Shown here: piece by piece, positions 18,494-30,500 of the stretch
How positions within the stretch are numbered: the first letter of the stretch is position 1
Layout: each line of letters opens with the position of its first letter
Source of the DNA: Coleofasciculus chthonoplastes F2-STO-03
GTDB taxonomy: Bacteria; Cyanobacteriota; Cyanobacteriia; Cyanobacteriales; Coleofasciculaceae
Reading direction: 5' to 3'
Length of the DNA stretch: 41,775 bases
Assembly (NCBI GenBank): GCA_040222015.1
Contig: JAVJWO010000002.1
Coordinates: forward strand, 1 to 41,775
Translations under genes and position numbers: made by a program
Notes under the pieces: model-generated
Told to the model about the DNA's origin: nothing
The model's input: the letters and a program-made list of their open reading frames with translations, nothing else
The model's database searches: none

Positions 18494-20155
18494 ATGAAAA
18501 GATGGAAGCGCCTGACTGGAGCTGGGCGCAAACTTAGCATCACCACCAAGTTTGCGTTGGCATTTATTGCGCTGCTGTTGTTGATTGGTATTGTGTCAAT
18601 GACAGGCTTTGTCTCTCTGCGGCAAATGCGTAATGAGACAGAAGCGGTGCTTCTAACCAGTATTGAAGTTCAACGGCGCGGGTTTGAAATGGATGCGGCG
18701 TTACGCAATGCCCGTCGTGTGGAAATTGACTTCTTTTTACGGTGGCCCAGTATTAATTTTTCCAGTACAAATCTGAATGAGTTTCGCGAAAAACACCGCC
18801 AAGAGATTGACAAAGTTATCGATATTAGTAGCCAACTGCAAGAGCTTCTGGCTCAGGTTGAGGGGGGGATATTTAAACGGCAGAGTAATCCGGATTTAGT
18901 CGAGTATGTGGAAATTGTTGAGCAATATTCTCGCAGTTTCCAGGAAACGGTGGGTTTGGTGAGTAATTTGGGAATTGATAATGTTGGTGTACTCGAACAA
19001 CTGGAACAAAATTTAACTCTATTGCGGAATCGCTTGGAACTAGCAGAGGCTCAAGAGTTTCTCGGATTAGTTAATGAAATGCAGTCCTATGAAAAGGAAT
19101 ATTTATCCACTCGTGAACCTGCAAGAATGGAGTTACTGACGAAAACAGCGCAACAATTACGTGAGCAAATTAACACCAGTGCTAAATTTAATGAAACGGA
19201 ACGGAGACAGGCATTAAGATATCTCGATGCTTATCAATCGGTTGCTAAAGATATCGTTCGACTCGACAAGGAAATTCAGGACAAAATTCGCAATTTTGAT
19301 CAACAGGCACAGGCACTAGCCGATAAATTAATCGACTTGGCAGATGCGGAGGCGGATCGAGCGCGTCGAACGATTAATGACACTAGTGAGACGGCGACGG
19401 TATTATTAGTGGCGGCTGTGTTAGTAGCATTAATTGCGGCAGTAATTATTGCCAGACAGTTTGCTTCTGCGTTAACCACATTGGATCGGGAAACCGCAAA
19501 ATCCGAACACTTACTACTGAATGTTTTGCCAGCACCCATTGCCCATCGTCTGAAGCGAGAAGAGCGGACGATCGCGGATCACTTTAATGAGGTGACGGTA
19601 CTCTTTGCCGATATTGTCGGGTTTACCGAGTTGGCGTCTCACACTTCGCCGATTGAGTTGGTTGAGATTTTGAATGTGATTTTCTCGGAGTTTGACCAAC
19701 TGGTTGAGGCACACCATTTAGAAAAGATTAAGACGATTGGTGATGCCTATATGGTGGTTGGCGGGCTACCGATGCCGATGCTCAACCACACGGAAGCGAT
19801 CGCGGATATGGCGTTGGATATGCAACGGGTGATTGAGCAATTTTGTCAAGAAACCGGGAAATCCTTTAGTATTCGCATTGGCATTCATACTGGACCGGTG
19901 ATTGCAGGAATTATTGGGATTAAAAAGTTTATTTATGATTTGTGGGGAGATACAGTAAATATTGCCAGTCGCATGGAATCCCACGGCTTACCGGGGAGTA
20001 TTCAGGTAACGGAAGACACGTATAAGCGCCTCAAGCATCGCTATCATTTTGAAGATCGCGGTTTGATTCAAGTCAAAGGGAAGGGGCAAATGAATTGTTA
20101 TTTGCTCACGGGGAGAAAGCAGAATTCGCCAACGATTGAATATATTGAATTATGA
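18494..20155 (+). CDS. Membrane-bound class III adenylate cyclase with helical extracytoplasmic sensor
   Basis: Two TM helices; FADIVGFT, KIKTIGDAYM, YDLWGDTVNIASRMES (K/D pair typical of ATP specificity). Confidence 0.9.
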   Translation: MKRWKRLTGAGRKLSITTKFALAFIALLLLIGIVSMTGFVSLRQMRNETEAVLLTSIEVQRRGFEMDAALRNARRVEIDFFLRWPSINFSSTNLNEFREKHRQEIDKVIDISSQLQELLAQVEGGIFKRQSNPDLVEYVEIVEQYSRSFQETVGLVSNLGIDNVGVLEQLEQNLTLLRNRLELAEAQEFLGLVNEMQSYEKEYLSTREPARMELLTKTAQQLREQINTSAKFNETERRQALRYLDAYQSVAKDIVRLDKEIQDKIRNFDQQAQALADKLIDLADAEADRARRTINDTSETATVLLVAAVLVALIAAVIIARQFASALTTLDRETAKSEHLLLNVLPAPIAHRLKREERTIADHFNEVTVLFADIVGFTELASHTSPIELVEILNVIFSEFDQLVEAHHLEKIKTIGDAYMVVGGLPMPMLNHTEAIADMALDMQRVIEQFCQETGKSFSIRIGIHTGPVIAGIIGIKKFIYDLWGDTVNIASRMESHGLPGSIQVTEDTYKRLKHRYHFEDRGLIQVKGKGQMNCYLLTGRKQNSPTIEYIEL

Positions 20156-20194
20156 GCATTGATGGTTGACTGTGTATTATTACTTTATGAATCA

Positions 20195-20413
20195 TTAGCG
20201 GCGACAGAACCACCTAAACAGGTTGATGTCGCCTTGCATTTTTTGGAGTTCCTGTTGGTGGCTTTGGGCAGTTTGGCGATACCATTGGCAGTAGGACTCG
20301 AATTCTTGACGATACTGCGTTTCTCGGTGGAACTCTTGAGCGAGTTGGTAGGTGGCAAAAATATCTGCAGCAGGTGGAGGGGTGGGGAAAATTTGGCGGA
20401 ATTCCTCTGACAT
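20195..20413 (-). CDS. Small hypothetical protein
   Basis: ATG 20413: MSEEFRQIFPTPPP...QEFESYCQWY...INLFRWF; composition is protein-like. Confidence 0.7.
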   Translation of the reverse strand: MSEEFRQIFPTPPPAADIFATYQLAQEFHRETQYRQEFESYCQWYRQTAQSHQQELQKMQGDINLFRWFCRR

Positions 20414-20580
20414 GGCGATTAGGGTGGTTGGGTACAAGTCAAATCGCCCACGGCGTTTAGTTTAGGGTACTCTATATCCGGCTGAGTGTCCAAGGCGCGA
20501 TCGCTCTATTTTCTCATTGCTTGTGCTTCAATCAAGAAAATGGAATGGAGTCAATGAAGATGGAACTCGCGATGAGCGCG

Positions 20581-23175
20581 TCACTTGCTGTTAGTTGCTT
20601 GAATTTCTGTCTGTAGCTCAATCTCGGGTTCTACTTGAGCTTCGACGAGTGCAGCATAAATCGGAATATTAGATTCTACAGCTTCAAAACTCACAACTAG
20701 AGAGTACGGAGCGTTAGCATCTGGATCATTATTCCAGCCTTCATGTCCAACTACTGCTATACAGAAAGCGTCTCTAAGATTATAGGATTTGACCATAGCC
20801 CAATCTTTCTGAAGAGTTCCTGCACTTCTAGATATCCCCTGAGTTCTTCCATGATTTTTCTGTTTTCCTAGAGTCCAACTAAAAATTTTATCTCCTTTTT
20901 CTGAATCATCTGGAGCATCATACTCTTTCAAAACTCTTGCCAGGAAACTATCTGGATCTTCCCCTCTTTTACTACAGTCCCAGTCAACCCAAGTTGAGAG
21001 ATATCTTCTGCGATTTCGCCGCGTTCGACGAGGTTGAGCTTTGTAGGACAAGGTTACTTCTAGTAAAATATCTAGCTCTTCCCCTTGAGAACGCAGTTTA
21101 TCTGGCAATTTCACTTGATAAACATGAGCTTGTCGAGCTTTAATACGCTTTTCTCCTCGCGTAATCAACGTGATACGATTCGATGAATTGTTCAAAGCGC
21201 GGTCAAGATTAGGAAGACCATAACCAACTTGACGAATAACTTGTAGCTTATCTACATTATTTTTCCTTGCCCACTCTAACCATCTTGCTGATTGCACGAT
21301 TAGCGCCCGGTACAGAAGACAACTCTCATGGGGAAATTCAGCCGCAAGATAAGCTGCAATATGGCTTACTTTCGGTGCGGCAAATGATGTTCCAACTGCG
21401 TCAGACGCAACGGCTGAACCACCACTCAACGTTGATCGTACTAATTCAGGGCAAACATTTTCAGGAGAAGTGATGTTGGGTGGTGTACCTCCATCTTTGA
21501 CTAAATCGCCTCCATACTCCACTACTTCCGGTTTAATAGAATCCCATAGTCCCAATCCAGAACAAGAAAAGGCTGAGGGTTTATCCTGCTGTGATATTGA
21601 TGAATAGGGTGGTGCATGATAAGAATTTAAAGCGATGGAGCCAACGGTTAACGCTTGAAAACTTTGAGCAGGATTGGCAATCCTACAAGAATTCTCTAAA
21701 AGATAATCTGGGTAGGGTCGATTAGCATTAAGATGATCCATAACCGATAATCGGGTAATCCCTACTCGATGATTTAGTGGTAAATTTCCAGCAGCTACAA
21801 TGAAAAGGATATCATTGTGCCATGTCAGTTGATCGATAGCGGCTGCCCAAGCACTCATATATCGAGTTTGACAAGGTACAGAGCCGGTAATTGAATGATT
21901 AAAAATTCTTGTTCCTGTTTGACTGTGGTAAAATTCGACAATATTTCCCAATATATCAGGCAGGAATAACTGTTCGGGTAATTGGCAGTTAGCATCTAAA
22001 ACTCTTGCGTTTTGAAGCCAGCAAATAGCTTGTTGGTTGCCTTGGCGCGGAATAGTTTTGGGATAAAGCACTGCACCAGCTACTCTGGTTCCATGTCCAC
22101 CATTGCTTACGTAGTCAGCAGTTTGATTAACTTCGCCAGGAACCCAAGATATTGAACTTTGTGCATCAATGGCTGTTCTTAGAAGTGAATGCCTTTCTTG
22201 AATACCACTATCTATAATACATACCTTTGGATCATTAGATTTAGGTGGTTGTAGAATCAAGCGGGGTTCATTGATGTCAGATACGCCTTGTTGCCTTATT
22301 TCTGCAAACTGATCAGGTTCAATAACATCAAAAATAAAGGGGAAATTGAAAACCAAATCTTTTAACCCTTTACCAGAAATTTGAATGCGACACGAAAAAC
22401 TATCTGGTAATTTAGCATATTTAGGTGTTTTTGAATCGACAAAAGAACTGATGATTTGCCCCTGATAGACTTCATTCTGAATAAATTCAATAAACTCCTG
22501 TTGTCTTTCGTATGCTAAATCATCCCATTCTTCATAAGTTAAATTTCGTTTATCAAGCCACTTATTGACTCGTTTATTAAATTTATCATTAGATTCATTG
22601 GGTTTACGCTTTGGATAATCAGACAACTTCACCTTAGTCCCAATACAAGCAATACCTACATCAACAATGTATATCTGATCATCTTTAACCTGATTCCAGT
22701 GGGCTAGGAGTTCAGGAGACAGAATATATTCTGGTTTTTTAAATCCCTCAACAATATCCCATATTTCTGAAACTTTTTTCCCACCCCGTTCCTCCTTAAT
22801 GAATTTCTCAATCTTTTTTCGCAGATCACTCAGTTCTAAATCGGCTGAAGCACCAATAATATATCCATCTTCTAATTCGGCGATTACCTCAATGCCATAA
22901 GTCTTCAAATCATCTGGATCAAAAGTATCAGGGTCAATCTGTAAAATAATCCGTTGAGCATCAGGGAGTGGAGGTTTTTCCTCTTCCTCCCGCTTCTGTT
23001 GAATATCTTGCCACGCCGAGACGATAGATACTGTTGAGTTCTTGAGTCTATTTCCATGTCCCCAGCGATCACTGAGGTTTGTAGTGGTTCGAGGATTTGG
23101 TTTTCTCCCTCCAGAGATAAATACAGCAGTTCCTTCCCTGGTCAATCTAAGCGGGATATGAGGAAAATCAACCAT
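20581..23175 (-). CDS. ietS: S8 (subtilisin-like) serine protease, IetS/Y4bN-like
   Basis: Triad IIDSG / GGHGTRVAG / GTSFAAP, AAGN oxyanion motif, IKPEVVEYGG, GYGLP; no signal peptide; follows an AAA ATPase. Confidence 0.85.
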   Translation of the reverse strand: MVDFPHIPLRLTREGTAVFISGGRKPNPRTTTNLSDRWGHGNRLKNSTVSIVSAWQDIQQKREEEEKPPLPDAQRIILQIDPDTFDPDDLKTYGIEVIAELEDGYIIGASADLELSDLRKKIEKFIKEERGGKKVSEIWDIVEGFKKPEYILSPELLAHWNQVKDDQIYIVDVGIACIGTKVKLSDYPKRKPNESNDKFNKRVNKWLDKRNLTYEEWDDLAYERQQEFIEFIQNEVYQGQIISSFVDSKTPKYAKLPDSFSCRIQISGKGLKDLVFNFPFIFDVIEPDQFAEIRQQGVSDINEPRLILQPPKSNDPKVCIIDSGIQERHSLLRTAIDAQSSISWVPGEVNQTADYVSNGGHGTRVAGAVLYPKTIPRQGNQQAICWLQNARVLDANCQLPEQLFLPDILGNIVEFYHSQTGTRIFNHSITGSVPCQTRYMSAWAAAIDQLTWHNDILFIVAAGNLPLNHRVGITRLSVMDHLNANRPYPDYLLENSCRIANPAQSFQALTVGSIALNSYHAPPYSSISQQDKPSAFSCSGLGLWDSIKPEVVEYGGDLVKDGGTPPNITSPENVCPELVRSTLSGGSAVASDAVGTSFAAPKVSHIAAYLAAEFPHESCLLYRALIVQSARWLEWARKNNVDKLQVIRQVGYGLPNLDRALNNSSNRITLITRGEKRIKARQAHVYQVKLPDKLRSQGEELDILLEVTLSYKAQPRRTRRNRRRYLSTWVDWDCSKRGEDPDSFLARVLKEYDAPDDSEKGDKIFSWTLGKQKNHGRTQGISRSAGTLQKDWAMVKSYNLRDAFCIAVVGHEGWNNDPDANAPYSLVVSFEAVESNIPIYAALVEAQVEPEIELQTEIQATNSK

Positions 23176-23205
23176 TTAGTTCTCCAAACAAGCTCATAAT
23201 TTTTT

Positions 23206-24207
23206 CTAATAAATCTTGATCTCTTTGATCGCTTCTTCCAGGTGTTCCTGAATCACCAACCCCTCTCGATCAAGAATCGCTCGTTTAGCAGCATCTTGTG
23301 CTACTCTCTCAGCTTGAGCCGCAGAGAAACCATTCATCTGCTTAATAATCTGAAGCCAATTAATCGAGCCAACTGCAATTGCAGACAGAGTTTGCTTTAG
23401 TATAACTTCTAGCTCCTGTTCTCCTGGTAGGGGTACTTCAATCAAGTCATCAAATCGTCTCCAAAGGGCAGTATCTAAAGACTTATTCAGGTTAGTAGCC
23501 GCAACTAAAAGACCAGAAGAGGGCTGGTACTCATCGAGGATTTGCAGAAATGTATTCACAACTCGCTTGATTTCTCCTACTTCTTGCGTGTCTTGTCGTG
23601 ATTTAGCGATAGAGTCGCATTCATCAAGAAACAGCAAACATGGCTCTTCTGACGCCTTATCAAATATGACGCGCAAATTACTGGCTGTTTCCCCCAAAAA
23701 AGACGATACCATGGCATCAAAGCGAACTTTAAGCAAAGGTAAACCTGTGTTCCAGGCTAAACGTTCAGCTCCCAGCGTCTTTCCGCAACCGGGGAAACCA
23801 TAAAGGAGAATTTTTTGCCGATAACGTAGTCCATAATGAGCCAGTCTATCTCTTGCCGCATACTCACGCTCAATACGCTGGAAACGTTTCTCAATCGCTT
23901 CAGGTAATACCATCTGATGTCGCAGTTTCTCCCTCGGTATGACAGTAACTAAGGGAAGATTGAATCGCTTACTGGTTGGCAGTTCACTGAGAGCCTGTAG
24001 ATTGTCTGATACAACAGAGGTTGGCTTGCCGTTAGAAGTCGGCTTATCTTTCTGGCTCTTTTTCTTGATATTATCTAGCTGATCAGCAAGCAGCGTGTGT
24101 CCTTTCTTACGCTCTTCCTCAATCACTAGGTACGTCAGCTTGTCGATCGCCTCTGTGTCGGAACTCGCGATCGCTCTAAAAAGTCTCTTGAGAAGCTCTG
24201 CTTTCAT
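23206..24207 (-). CDS. ietA: AAA+ ATPase, IetA-like
   Basis: Walker A GFPGCGKT, SSFLGET, Walker B LFLDECD, GEIKRVVN, AATN, LDTALWRRFD. Confidence 0.87.
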   Translation of the reverse strand: MKAELLKRLFRAIASSDTEAIDKLTYLVIEEERKKGHTLLADQLDNIKKKSQKDKPTSNGKPTSVVSDNLQALSELPTSKRFNLPLVTVIPREKLRHQMVLPEAIEKRFQRIEREYAARDRLAHYGLRYRQKILLYGFPGCGKTLGAERLAWNTGLPLLKVRFDAMVSSFLGETASNLRVIFDKASEEPCLLFLDECDSIAKSRQDTQEVGEIKRVVNTFLQILDEYQPSSGLLVAATNLNKSLDTALWRRFDDLIEVPLPGEQELEVILKQTLSAIAVGSINWLQIIKQMNGFSAAQAERVAQDAAKRAILDREGLVIQEHLEEAIKEIKIY

Positions 24208-24255
24208 AGCCCCTCTCAGTATAAGGGGTTGTACTGCACTATAGTATCCTAAAAT

Positions 24256-24269
24256 AGTACCTATGTACC
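24256..24269. promoter_or_regulatory. Putative cyanobacterial LexA box
   Basis: AGTACCTATGTACC matches RGTACNNNDGTWCB on both strands; about 50 nt upstream of the ATPase start. Confidence 0.6.
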
Positions 24270-24304
24270 AAATTTGATAACTTTCTTTGCTGAAGCTATC
24301 GCTG

Positions 24305-24334
24305 AAAAAGGCTCCCTAGACATAGAGAGCCTTT
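24305..24334 (-). terminator. Intrinsic terminator of tkt
   Basis: Minus strand AAAGGCTCTCTA-TGTC-TAGGGAGCCTTTTT. Confidence 0.7.
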
Positions 24335-24340
24335 CTGATG

Positions 24341-24368
24341 GTAGGGCACGGCACTGCCGTGCCTCTAC
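24341..24368. repeat. GTAG-type REP-like palindrome
   Basis: GTAGGGCACGGCACTGCCGTGCCTCTAC. Confidence 0.85.
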
Positions 24369-24381
24369 AAAATGACTATCC

Positions 24382-26400
24382 CTAAAGCGCCTTAGCCTTA
24401 GCCACGATATTATCCACCGTGTAACCAAACTTCTCTAAAGCCACGTCACCGGGAGCCGATGCGCCAAAGCGATCAATACTAATCGTGTCACCTTCAGCGC
24501 CAACATAGCGACACCAGCCAAAGCTAGAACCCGCTTCCACCGCTAACCGCTTGGTTACCGCTTTAGGTAATACGGATTCGCGATAGCTTTCATCTTGTTC
24601 CTCAAACAGTTCCCAACTTGGCATAGAAACCACGCGGACTTTCTTGCCTGCAGCCCGGAGTTTTTCCGCCGCATCAACGCAGATGTGAACTTCGGAACCT
24701 GTGCCAATTAAGATGATGTCGGGTGTGCCATCGCTATCCGATAGGATGTAAGCACCTTGGGCAACAGCATCAATTGAACTTCCCTCTAAGTTAGGTAGCC
24801 CTTGCCGAGACAGTGCTAACAGACTGGGTGTTGCTAAACCATGGGCAGGTTTTGCCTTCTCAACCGCTACCTTATAGGCGCCAGAGGTTTCATTGCCATC
24901 CGCAGGGCGCAGCACGATTAAGTCGGGAATCGCTCGCAGGGTGGGAATATGCTCAATCGGTTGGTGCGTCGGACCATCTTCTCCTAATGCCACGGAGTCA
25001 TGAGTCATCACCCAGATTACCCCAGCGTGGGATAGGGCAGAGAGACGAATTGATGCCCGCATGTAGTCGGTGAAGACTAAGAACGTGGCACCGTAAGGAA
25101 TCAAGCCAGACTTATGCAGGGCAATCCCATTACAAATCGCTCCCATACCATGTTCGCGAACCCCAAAGCGGAGGTTGCGATTTTCATAGGCACCTTTTTG
25201 GAAATCCTTGGAGGATTTGAGTAAGGTTTTGTTGGACGGGGCTAAGTCAGCCGAACCGCCAATGAGTTCTGGTAGTACCCCAGCCATGGCGTTGAGGGTT
25301 GCACCCGATTGATTCCGAGTGGCATCTTTCTTATCCTGGGGGGTGTAGGTAGGCAGGGCTTTCTCCCAGTTTTCGGGCAACTTGCCGCTTGCCATCCGTT
25401 CCAATACGGCAGCTTCTTCTGCGTATTCAGTTTGGTAACGGGTGAAGAGTTTGTTCCACTCTTGTTCGTACTCAGCACCGCGATCAACTGCCTTGTGGAA
25501 ATGCTTCAGGGCGTCTTCGGGTATCTCGAATTCTGGATACTTCCAATCCAGATGTTCACGAGTGGCTTTCACTTCGTCTGTACCTAAAGCCGCACCATGG
25601 ACACCGTGGGTATTGGCTTTATTGGGGGAACCGAAACCAATGGTGGTGGTGACTTTAATTAAGGAGGGCTTATCGGTAACCGCTTTAGCCGCTTCAATTG
25701 CCTTGTGAATCGCGTCCAAGTTGGTGTTACCATCGGGAACATGTTGGACATGCCAACCATAAGCCTCAAAGCGCTTGCCCACATCTTCCGTAAAGGCAAG
25801 GTCGGTGGAACCATCGATGGAGATATGGTTATCATCGTAGAGGGCAATCAGTTTGCCCAGTCCCAGGTGTCCGGCTAGAGAACAGGCTTCCCCAGATACG
25901 CCCTCCATATTGCAACCATCACCTAAAATGACGTAGGTGTAGTGGTCGATAATTTGGCAATCGGGTTTATTAAACTTGGCAGCTAAATGTGCCTCTGCCA
26001 TCGCCAACCCCACACCATTGGCGATCCCTTGTCCCAATGGTCCGGTGGTAACTTCTACCCCTTCGGTCATGAAGTTTTCCGGGTGACCGGGAGTTTTGGA
26101 TTCCCACTGACGGAACTGCTTGATATCATCGAGGCTAACGCTATCGTATCCGGTTAGATAGAGCAAGGCATACTGTAACATACAGCCATGACCCGCAGAC
26201 AAAACGAAGCGATCGCGGTTTAACCAGTTGGGGTTTTTCGGGTTGTACCGCATCAGCCGATCCCACAGCACAAACGCCATCGGTGCTGCGCCCATTGGTA
26301 ATCCGGGATGACCGGAATTGGCTTTCTCTACGGCGTCTATCGCCAGAAAGCGGATGGAATTAATACAAAGTTCTTCGAGAGATTGGGTTGCAACGACCAT
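24382..26400 (-). CDS. tkt: Transketolase
   Basis: [38 protein letters not shown]. Confidence 0.97.
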   Translation of the reverse strand: MVVATQSLEELCINSIRFLAIDAVEKANSGHPGLPMGAAPMAFVLWDRLMRYNPKNPNWLNRDRFVLSAGHGCMLQYALLYLTGYDSVSLDDIKQFRQWESKTPGHPENFMTEGVEVTTGPLGQGIANGVGLAMAEAHLAAKFNKPDCQIIDHYTYVILGDGCNMEGVSGEACSLAGHLGLGKLIALYDDNHISIDGSTDLAFTEDVGKRFEAYGWHVQHVPDGNTNLDAIHKAIEAAKAVTDKPSLIKVTTTIGFGSPNKANTHGVHGAALGTDEVKATREHLDWKYPEFEIPEDALKHFHKAVDRGAEYEQEWNKLFTRYQTEYAEEAAVLERMASGKLPENWEKALPTYTPQDKKDATRNQSGATLNAMAGVLPELIGGSADLAPSNKTLLKSSKDFQKGAYENRNLRFGVREHGMGAICNGIALHKSGLIPYGATFLVFTDYMRASIRLSALSHAGVIWVMTHDSVALGEDGPTHQPIEHIPTLRAIPDLIVLRPADGNETSGAYKVAVEKAKPAHGLATPSLLALSRQGLPNLEGSSIDAVAQGAYILSDSDGTPDIILIGTGSEVHICVDAAEKLRAAGKKVRVVSMPSWELFEEQDESYRESVLPKAVTKRLAVEAGSSFGWCRYVGAEGDTISIDRFGASAPGDVALEKFGYTVDNIVAKAKAL

Positions 26401-26897
26401 AGGTGTTATTTAATGACTCCAGGAAACTAGGGTTTAACGCAAAATTTTTTCCGCAAAGCGAGGGTTACTCTTTCCCCAAGGATACACTCATCATCCCATT
26501 AGGGGGATCGATGATCAAGACTCCTTGGTATAAGCTTGGCTAAAATTTGGCGATTGGGGTGTTGGTCGGGTAAATCGTGCTGATCGTTGGCTTGGGCAAT
26601 TCCTATAGCATCGGCTGGTATAACTATCAGTAGCAGCCCCTAAACCATTACCCATTCAGGAGAGACGTTCTGGCAGGCGACATGGGACGGGTGATCGGCG
26701 CTCTCAACCTCTAAAATGACTGGCAGGTTATTTTTTTGTCACATTCCACTACACAAGCAAAAAGTGCGATCGCGTATCGCTTCTAGGACATCGGTCAAGA
26801 AACCGGGTTATGCTCTGTAAACGATTTGGCTTAGTTCAAATCCTCCGCATCCTTAACCGATGAGAAAATCCCCAGATAACACTATGAAGGATGACGA

Positions 26898-27464
26898 TTA
26901 GTTTACGCTATCTCGGCGCTTCCGGGCTGATCCTGAAACTAAAACACCCACACCGATCAAACCTAGCACAGAAGTAGGTTCAGGAACGGATTGAGCGGAC
27001 GCAGGTGTAGCCAATACAGGTGTAAATGTTACGGAGCGACTCGAATCTTCCACCCGTCTAGAAAAATTGTAAGGCGCTGTAAGAAAGTTAGAAAAGCCAC
27101 TATTCAATGCCAATCCTAAAGCAAAACCATCAGGATTAAAAAAGTTATCAAAATCCGCAAAGATAATCTGACCCGAATCAATGATAAACTTGTTCTGATT
27201 ATCCAGCCTATAATTGGCGTCAATCGCTGTCGCTAAAGCTGGCGGAGCAGAGGTTATAGAAATATTACTGGCGGCAACAGGAAGACCACCACTATCCATA
27301 GGTAACCCTTCTATCAAACCTTCTACAGTTCCAGGTATATTGCCACTGCTATTCGTAAACGAAAATCTAAAATCGGCAGCTGTGGCTCTTCCGGCACTGG
27401 CAAAACTGATTAAAGTCGTTCCAGCAATGACAGCTAATCCCTGTTTCAAAATGGTGATTAACAT
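26898..27464 (-). CDS. PEP-CTERM sorting domain protein
   Basis: Signal peptide; C-terminal VPEPTSVLGLIGVGVLVSGSARKRR. Confidence 0.9.
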   Translation of the reverse strand: MLITILKQGLAVIAGTTLISFASAGRATAADFRFSFTNSSGNIPGTVEGLIEGLPMDSGGLPVAASNISITSAPPALATAIDANYRLDNQNKFIIDSGQIIFADFDNFFNPDGFALGLALNSGFSNFLTAPYNFSRRVEDSSRSVTFTPVLATPASAQSVPEPTSVLGLIGVGVLVSGSARKRRDSVN

Positions 27465-27509
27465 TTGGTTTTCCTTTTTAAAGTTTTATCAGAACGGTCC
27501 ATCTTATTT

Positions 27510-27537
27510 GTAGAGACGCGCCATGGCGCGTCTCTAG
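27510..27537. repeat. GTAG-type REP-like palindrome
   Basis: GTAGAGACGCGCCATGGCGCGTCTCTAG. Confidence 0.85.
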
Positions 27538-27592
27538 CATTAATGCAATTGGATTCTAAATCCGCTGATCCTGCCCAATTTAGAGCTTAGAA

Positions 27593-30500
27593 TTAGATGC
27601 CAAAGTTGTTGTAGTTGTCGAGAGCCGTGTGGATAGAGTTACCCGAAGGTAAGCCCGCCACTAAGTCTTCCTCATTCCAGAAGTCGGAACTCGCGGGAAC
27701 CGCATAGGTTGATGCCCCTAAAATCAAGTTGCCATCACCGACTCCATCACCGTTTTCATCCGGCGTATGCTCCTGAATCCAAGCGATACCGTCATTGATA
27801 TCGTCGATGGGAGCGGGGTTGAAAGCTAGGTTATTCAGCCAAGATGCAATCAGGGAGCGATCAAGAGTGTATCGCTTATCATTTTTCTCGACTTTTTTGG
27901 ATGCGGCGAGAATCGATTTTGCCTCGTTGAGACTGTAGAAGATGGTGTTTTCACCATTGTTGGTGATGCCATCCCGGTTATAGTCGCCCACCAGAATCCC
28001 TTCGCTATACTGTCCACTTACGGGATCAATCACTTCTGGTGCTTCAGCTGAGGCTGAGTAAGGTGCGAGGAGAATATCGCTTCCGGGGAAACCCGATCGT
28101 CCGGCAAAGCGGCTGTCGTTGCTGGCATCGCCATCCCAGACTTCAGTCCAGTTGATCCAGAATCCGGGTGTCCGCACGCCGGGAGCGGCGATGCCGGTGT
28201 AGGAACTGGGGTCAGCGTCAGTAACCGATTTAGTCTCGCCATCATCAGTGTAATCACCGGTGACGGTGCCAATGTTTTGATAGTCACCGAATATGGCAGT
28301 TCCACTTGCCTCATAGACCCAGGTTTCATCGGGAGCCAGGATGGAATCGCCATCGCCATTGTCAACCAGGTTAGTAATGGCACCTTGTTGATCATCACTC
28401 AAGTTAATATTTGAGAGATTCAGGTTGCCATCATTAGTCACCTTGTAAGTCCAGGTGATGGATTGTCCGGCGGAAACCCCAATATTATCCCCGGTGACTA
28501 CCCCATCGCTGGTCACTTTGTCAATAGTAATACTGGGGATTTGGAGAACGTTTACCGTCTCATCATCAGTCTTGGGATCAGTTTCGTCGGTATCAGCGGT
28601 GGCGACGTTGACTAAATTCACTCCACTGTCGATATCGGCTTGAGTGACAGTGTAGCTGGCGGTGTATTCCCAGGTTTCGCCTACATCTAAGAAACCGTTA
28701 CCGTTATCGCTGGTGCTATCAAAGGTGGGATTGAAGTCGTCACTGGTATCAGCGGGCGTGAAGTTGTCATCGCTGAGGCTAACATTGGTTAAGGTTTGAT
28801 TTCCAGTATTGGTTACCGTGTAGGTGTAATTGATGATATTCCCAGCTGCGTCTACCTCGCTGACATCGGCGTCTTTAATAATGGACAGGTTAGGACGCTG
28901 AATTACATCCACTGTCTCATTATCAGTCTTGGGATCAGTTTGGTCTGTGTCAGCTGTCGCGACGTTCACCAAATCAGCGCCATTGTCGATATCGGCTTGA
29001 GTGGCGGTGTAGCTGGCGGTGTACGTCCAGGTTTCGCCCACATCTAAGATATTGTCCCCATTGCCATTCGTACTTAATACCGGGCTAAAGTCATCCGAGG
29101 TGTTTGCCGGGGTGAAATTGTCATCGCTGAGGGTAATACCAGTCAAGCTGACATTACCTGTGTTCGTCAGGGTGTAGGTATAGTTAATCACATCTCCGTC
29201 GGCGTCCACCTGAGTAACATCCGCATCCTTGAGCAGCAAGAAGTCAGCCTCTTGGATCACATCAACTTTCTCGTCATCCGTCTTGGGATCAGTTTGCTCC
29301 GTATCCACCGTGGCGACGTTAACCAAATCTGCGCCACTATCGATATCGGCTTGAGTGACGGTGTAACTGGCGGTGTATTCCCAGGTTTCGCCCACATCTA
29401 AGATATTGTCACCATTGCCGTTACTACTCAATGTGGGGCTAAAGTCATCACCCGTGTTGGCGGGGGTGAAGTTATCATCACTGAGAGTAACATCGCTCAA
29501 GCTGACATTGCCTGTGTTGGTTAGGGTGTAGGTGTAGTTAATCACATCTCCTACAGCATCCACTTGGCTAACATCAGCAGTTTTGCTGATGTCCAGATTT
29601 GGATTCTGGGTGATAGTGACTTTCTCGTCATCAGTCTTCGGCTGGGTTTGATCACTATCAGCCGTAGCGATGTTGACTAAATCCGCACCACTGTCGATAT
29701 CGGCTTGAGTGGCGGTGTAGCTGGCGGTGTATTCCCAGGTTTCGCCCACATCTAAGACACCATTACCATCATCACTGGTGGTATCAAAGGTGGGATTGAA
29801 ATCGTCACTGGTATCGGCGGGAGTGAAGTTGTCATCAATCAGGCTGACATTGGTTAAAGTTTGATTCCCGGTGTTGGTTACCGTGTAGGTGTAATTAATC
29901 ACATCGCCAGCGTCGTCTACTGTGGTGACATCCGCATCTTTAACAATGGAGAGGTTGGGATTTTGCACCACATCCACTGTCTCATCATCGGTTTTGGGAT
30001 CAGTTTCGTCGCTATCAGCCGTAGCCACGTTAACTAAATCCACACCACTGTCAATATCCGTTTGAGTGGCGGTGTAGCTGGCGGTGTATTCCCAGGTTTC
30101 GCCCACATCTAAGACACCATTCCCATCATCGCTGGTGGTATCAAAGGTGGGAGTGAAATCGTCACTGGTATCTGAAGGGGTGAAGTTGTCATCAATCAGG
30201 CTGACATTGGTTAAGCTGACATTACCCGTATTGGTGACTGTGTAGGTGTAATTGATGACATCTCCCGCACCGTCTACTGAAGTGACATCTGCATCTTTAA
30301 CAATGGACAGGTTAGGATCTTGGAAGACTTGTACCTGTTCACTATCATCTTCAGGCTCAGTTTGATCGCTGTCAGCCGTAGCCACATTGACGAGCTGGGT
30401 TCCTTTGTCGATTTCCGTTTGAGTGACGGTGTGGCTGGCGGTGTATTCCCAGGTTTCGCCCACATCTAAGACACCATTCCCGTCATCGCTGGTGGTATCA

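Noticed and set aside
20496..24178. 13-bp direct repeat CGCGATCGCTCTA as att sites of the IetAS-like cassette
   Set aside because: Its core is the abundant HIP1 octamer, and the second copy lies inside the ATPase coding sequence, so it does not bracket the cassette.
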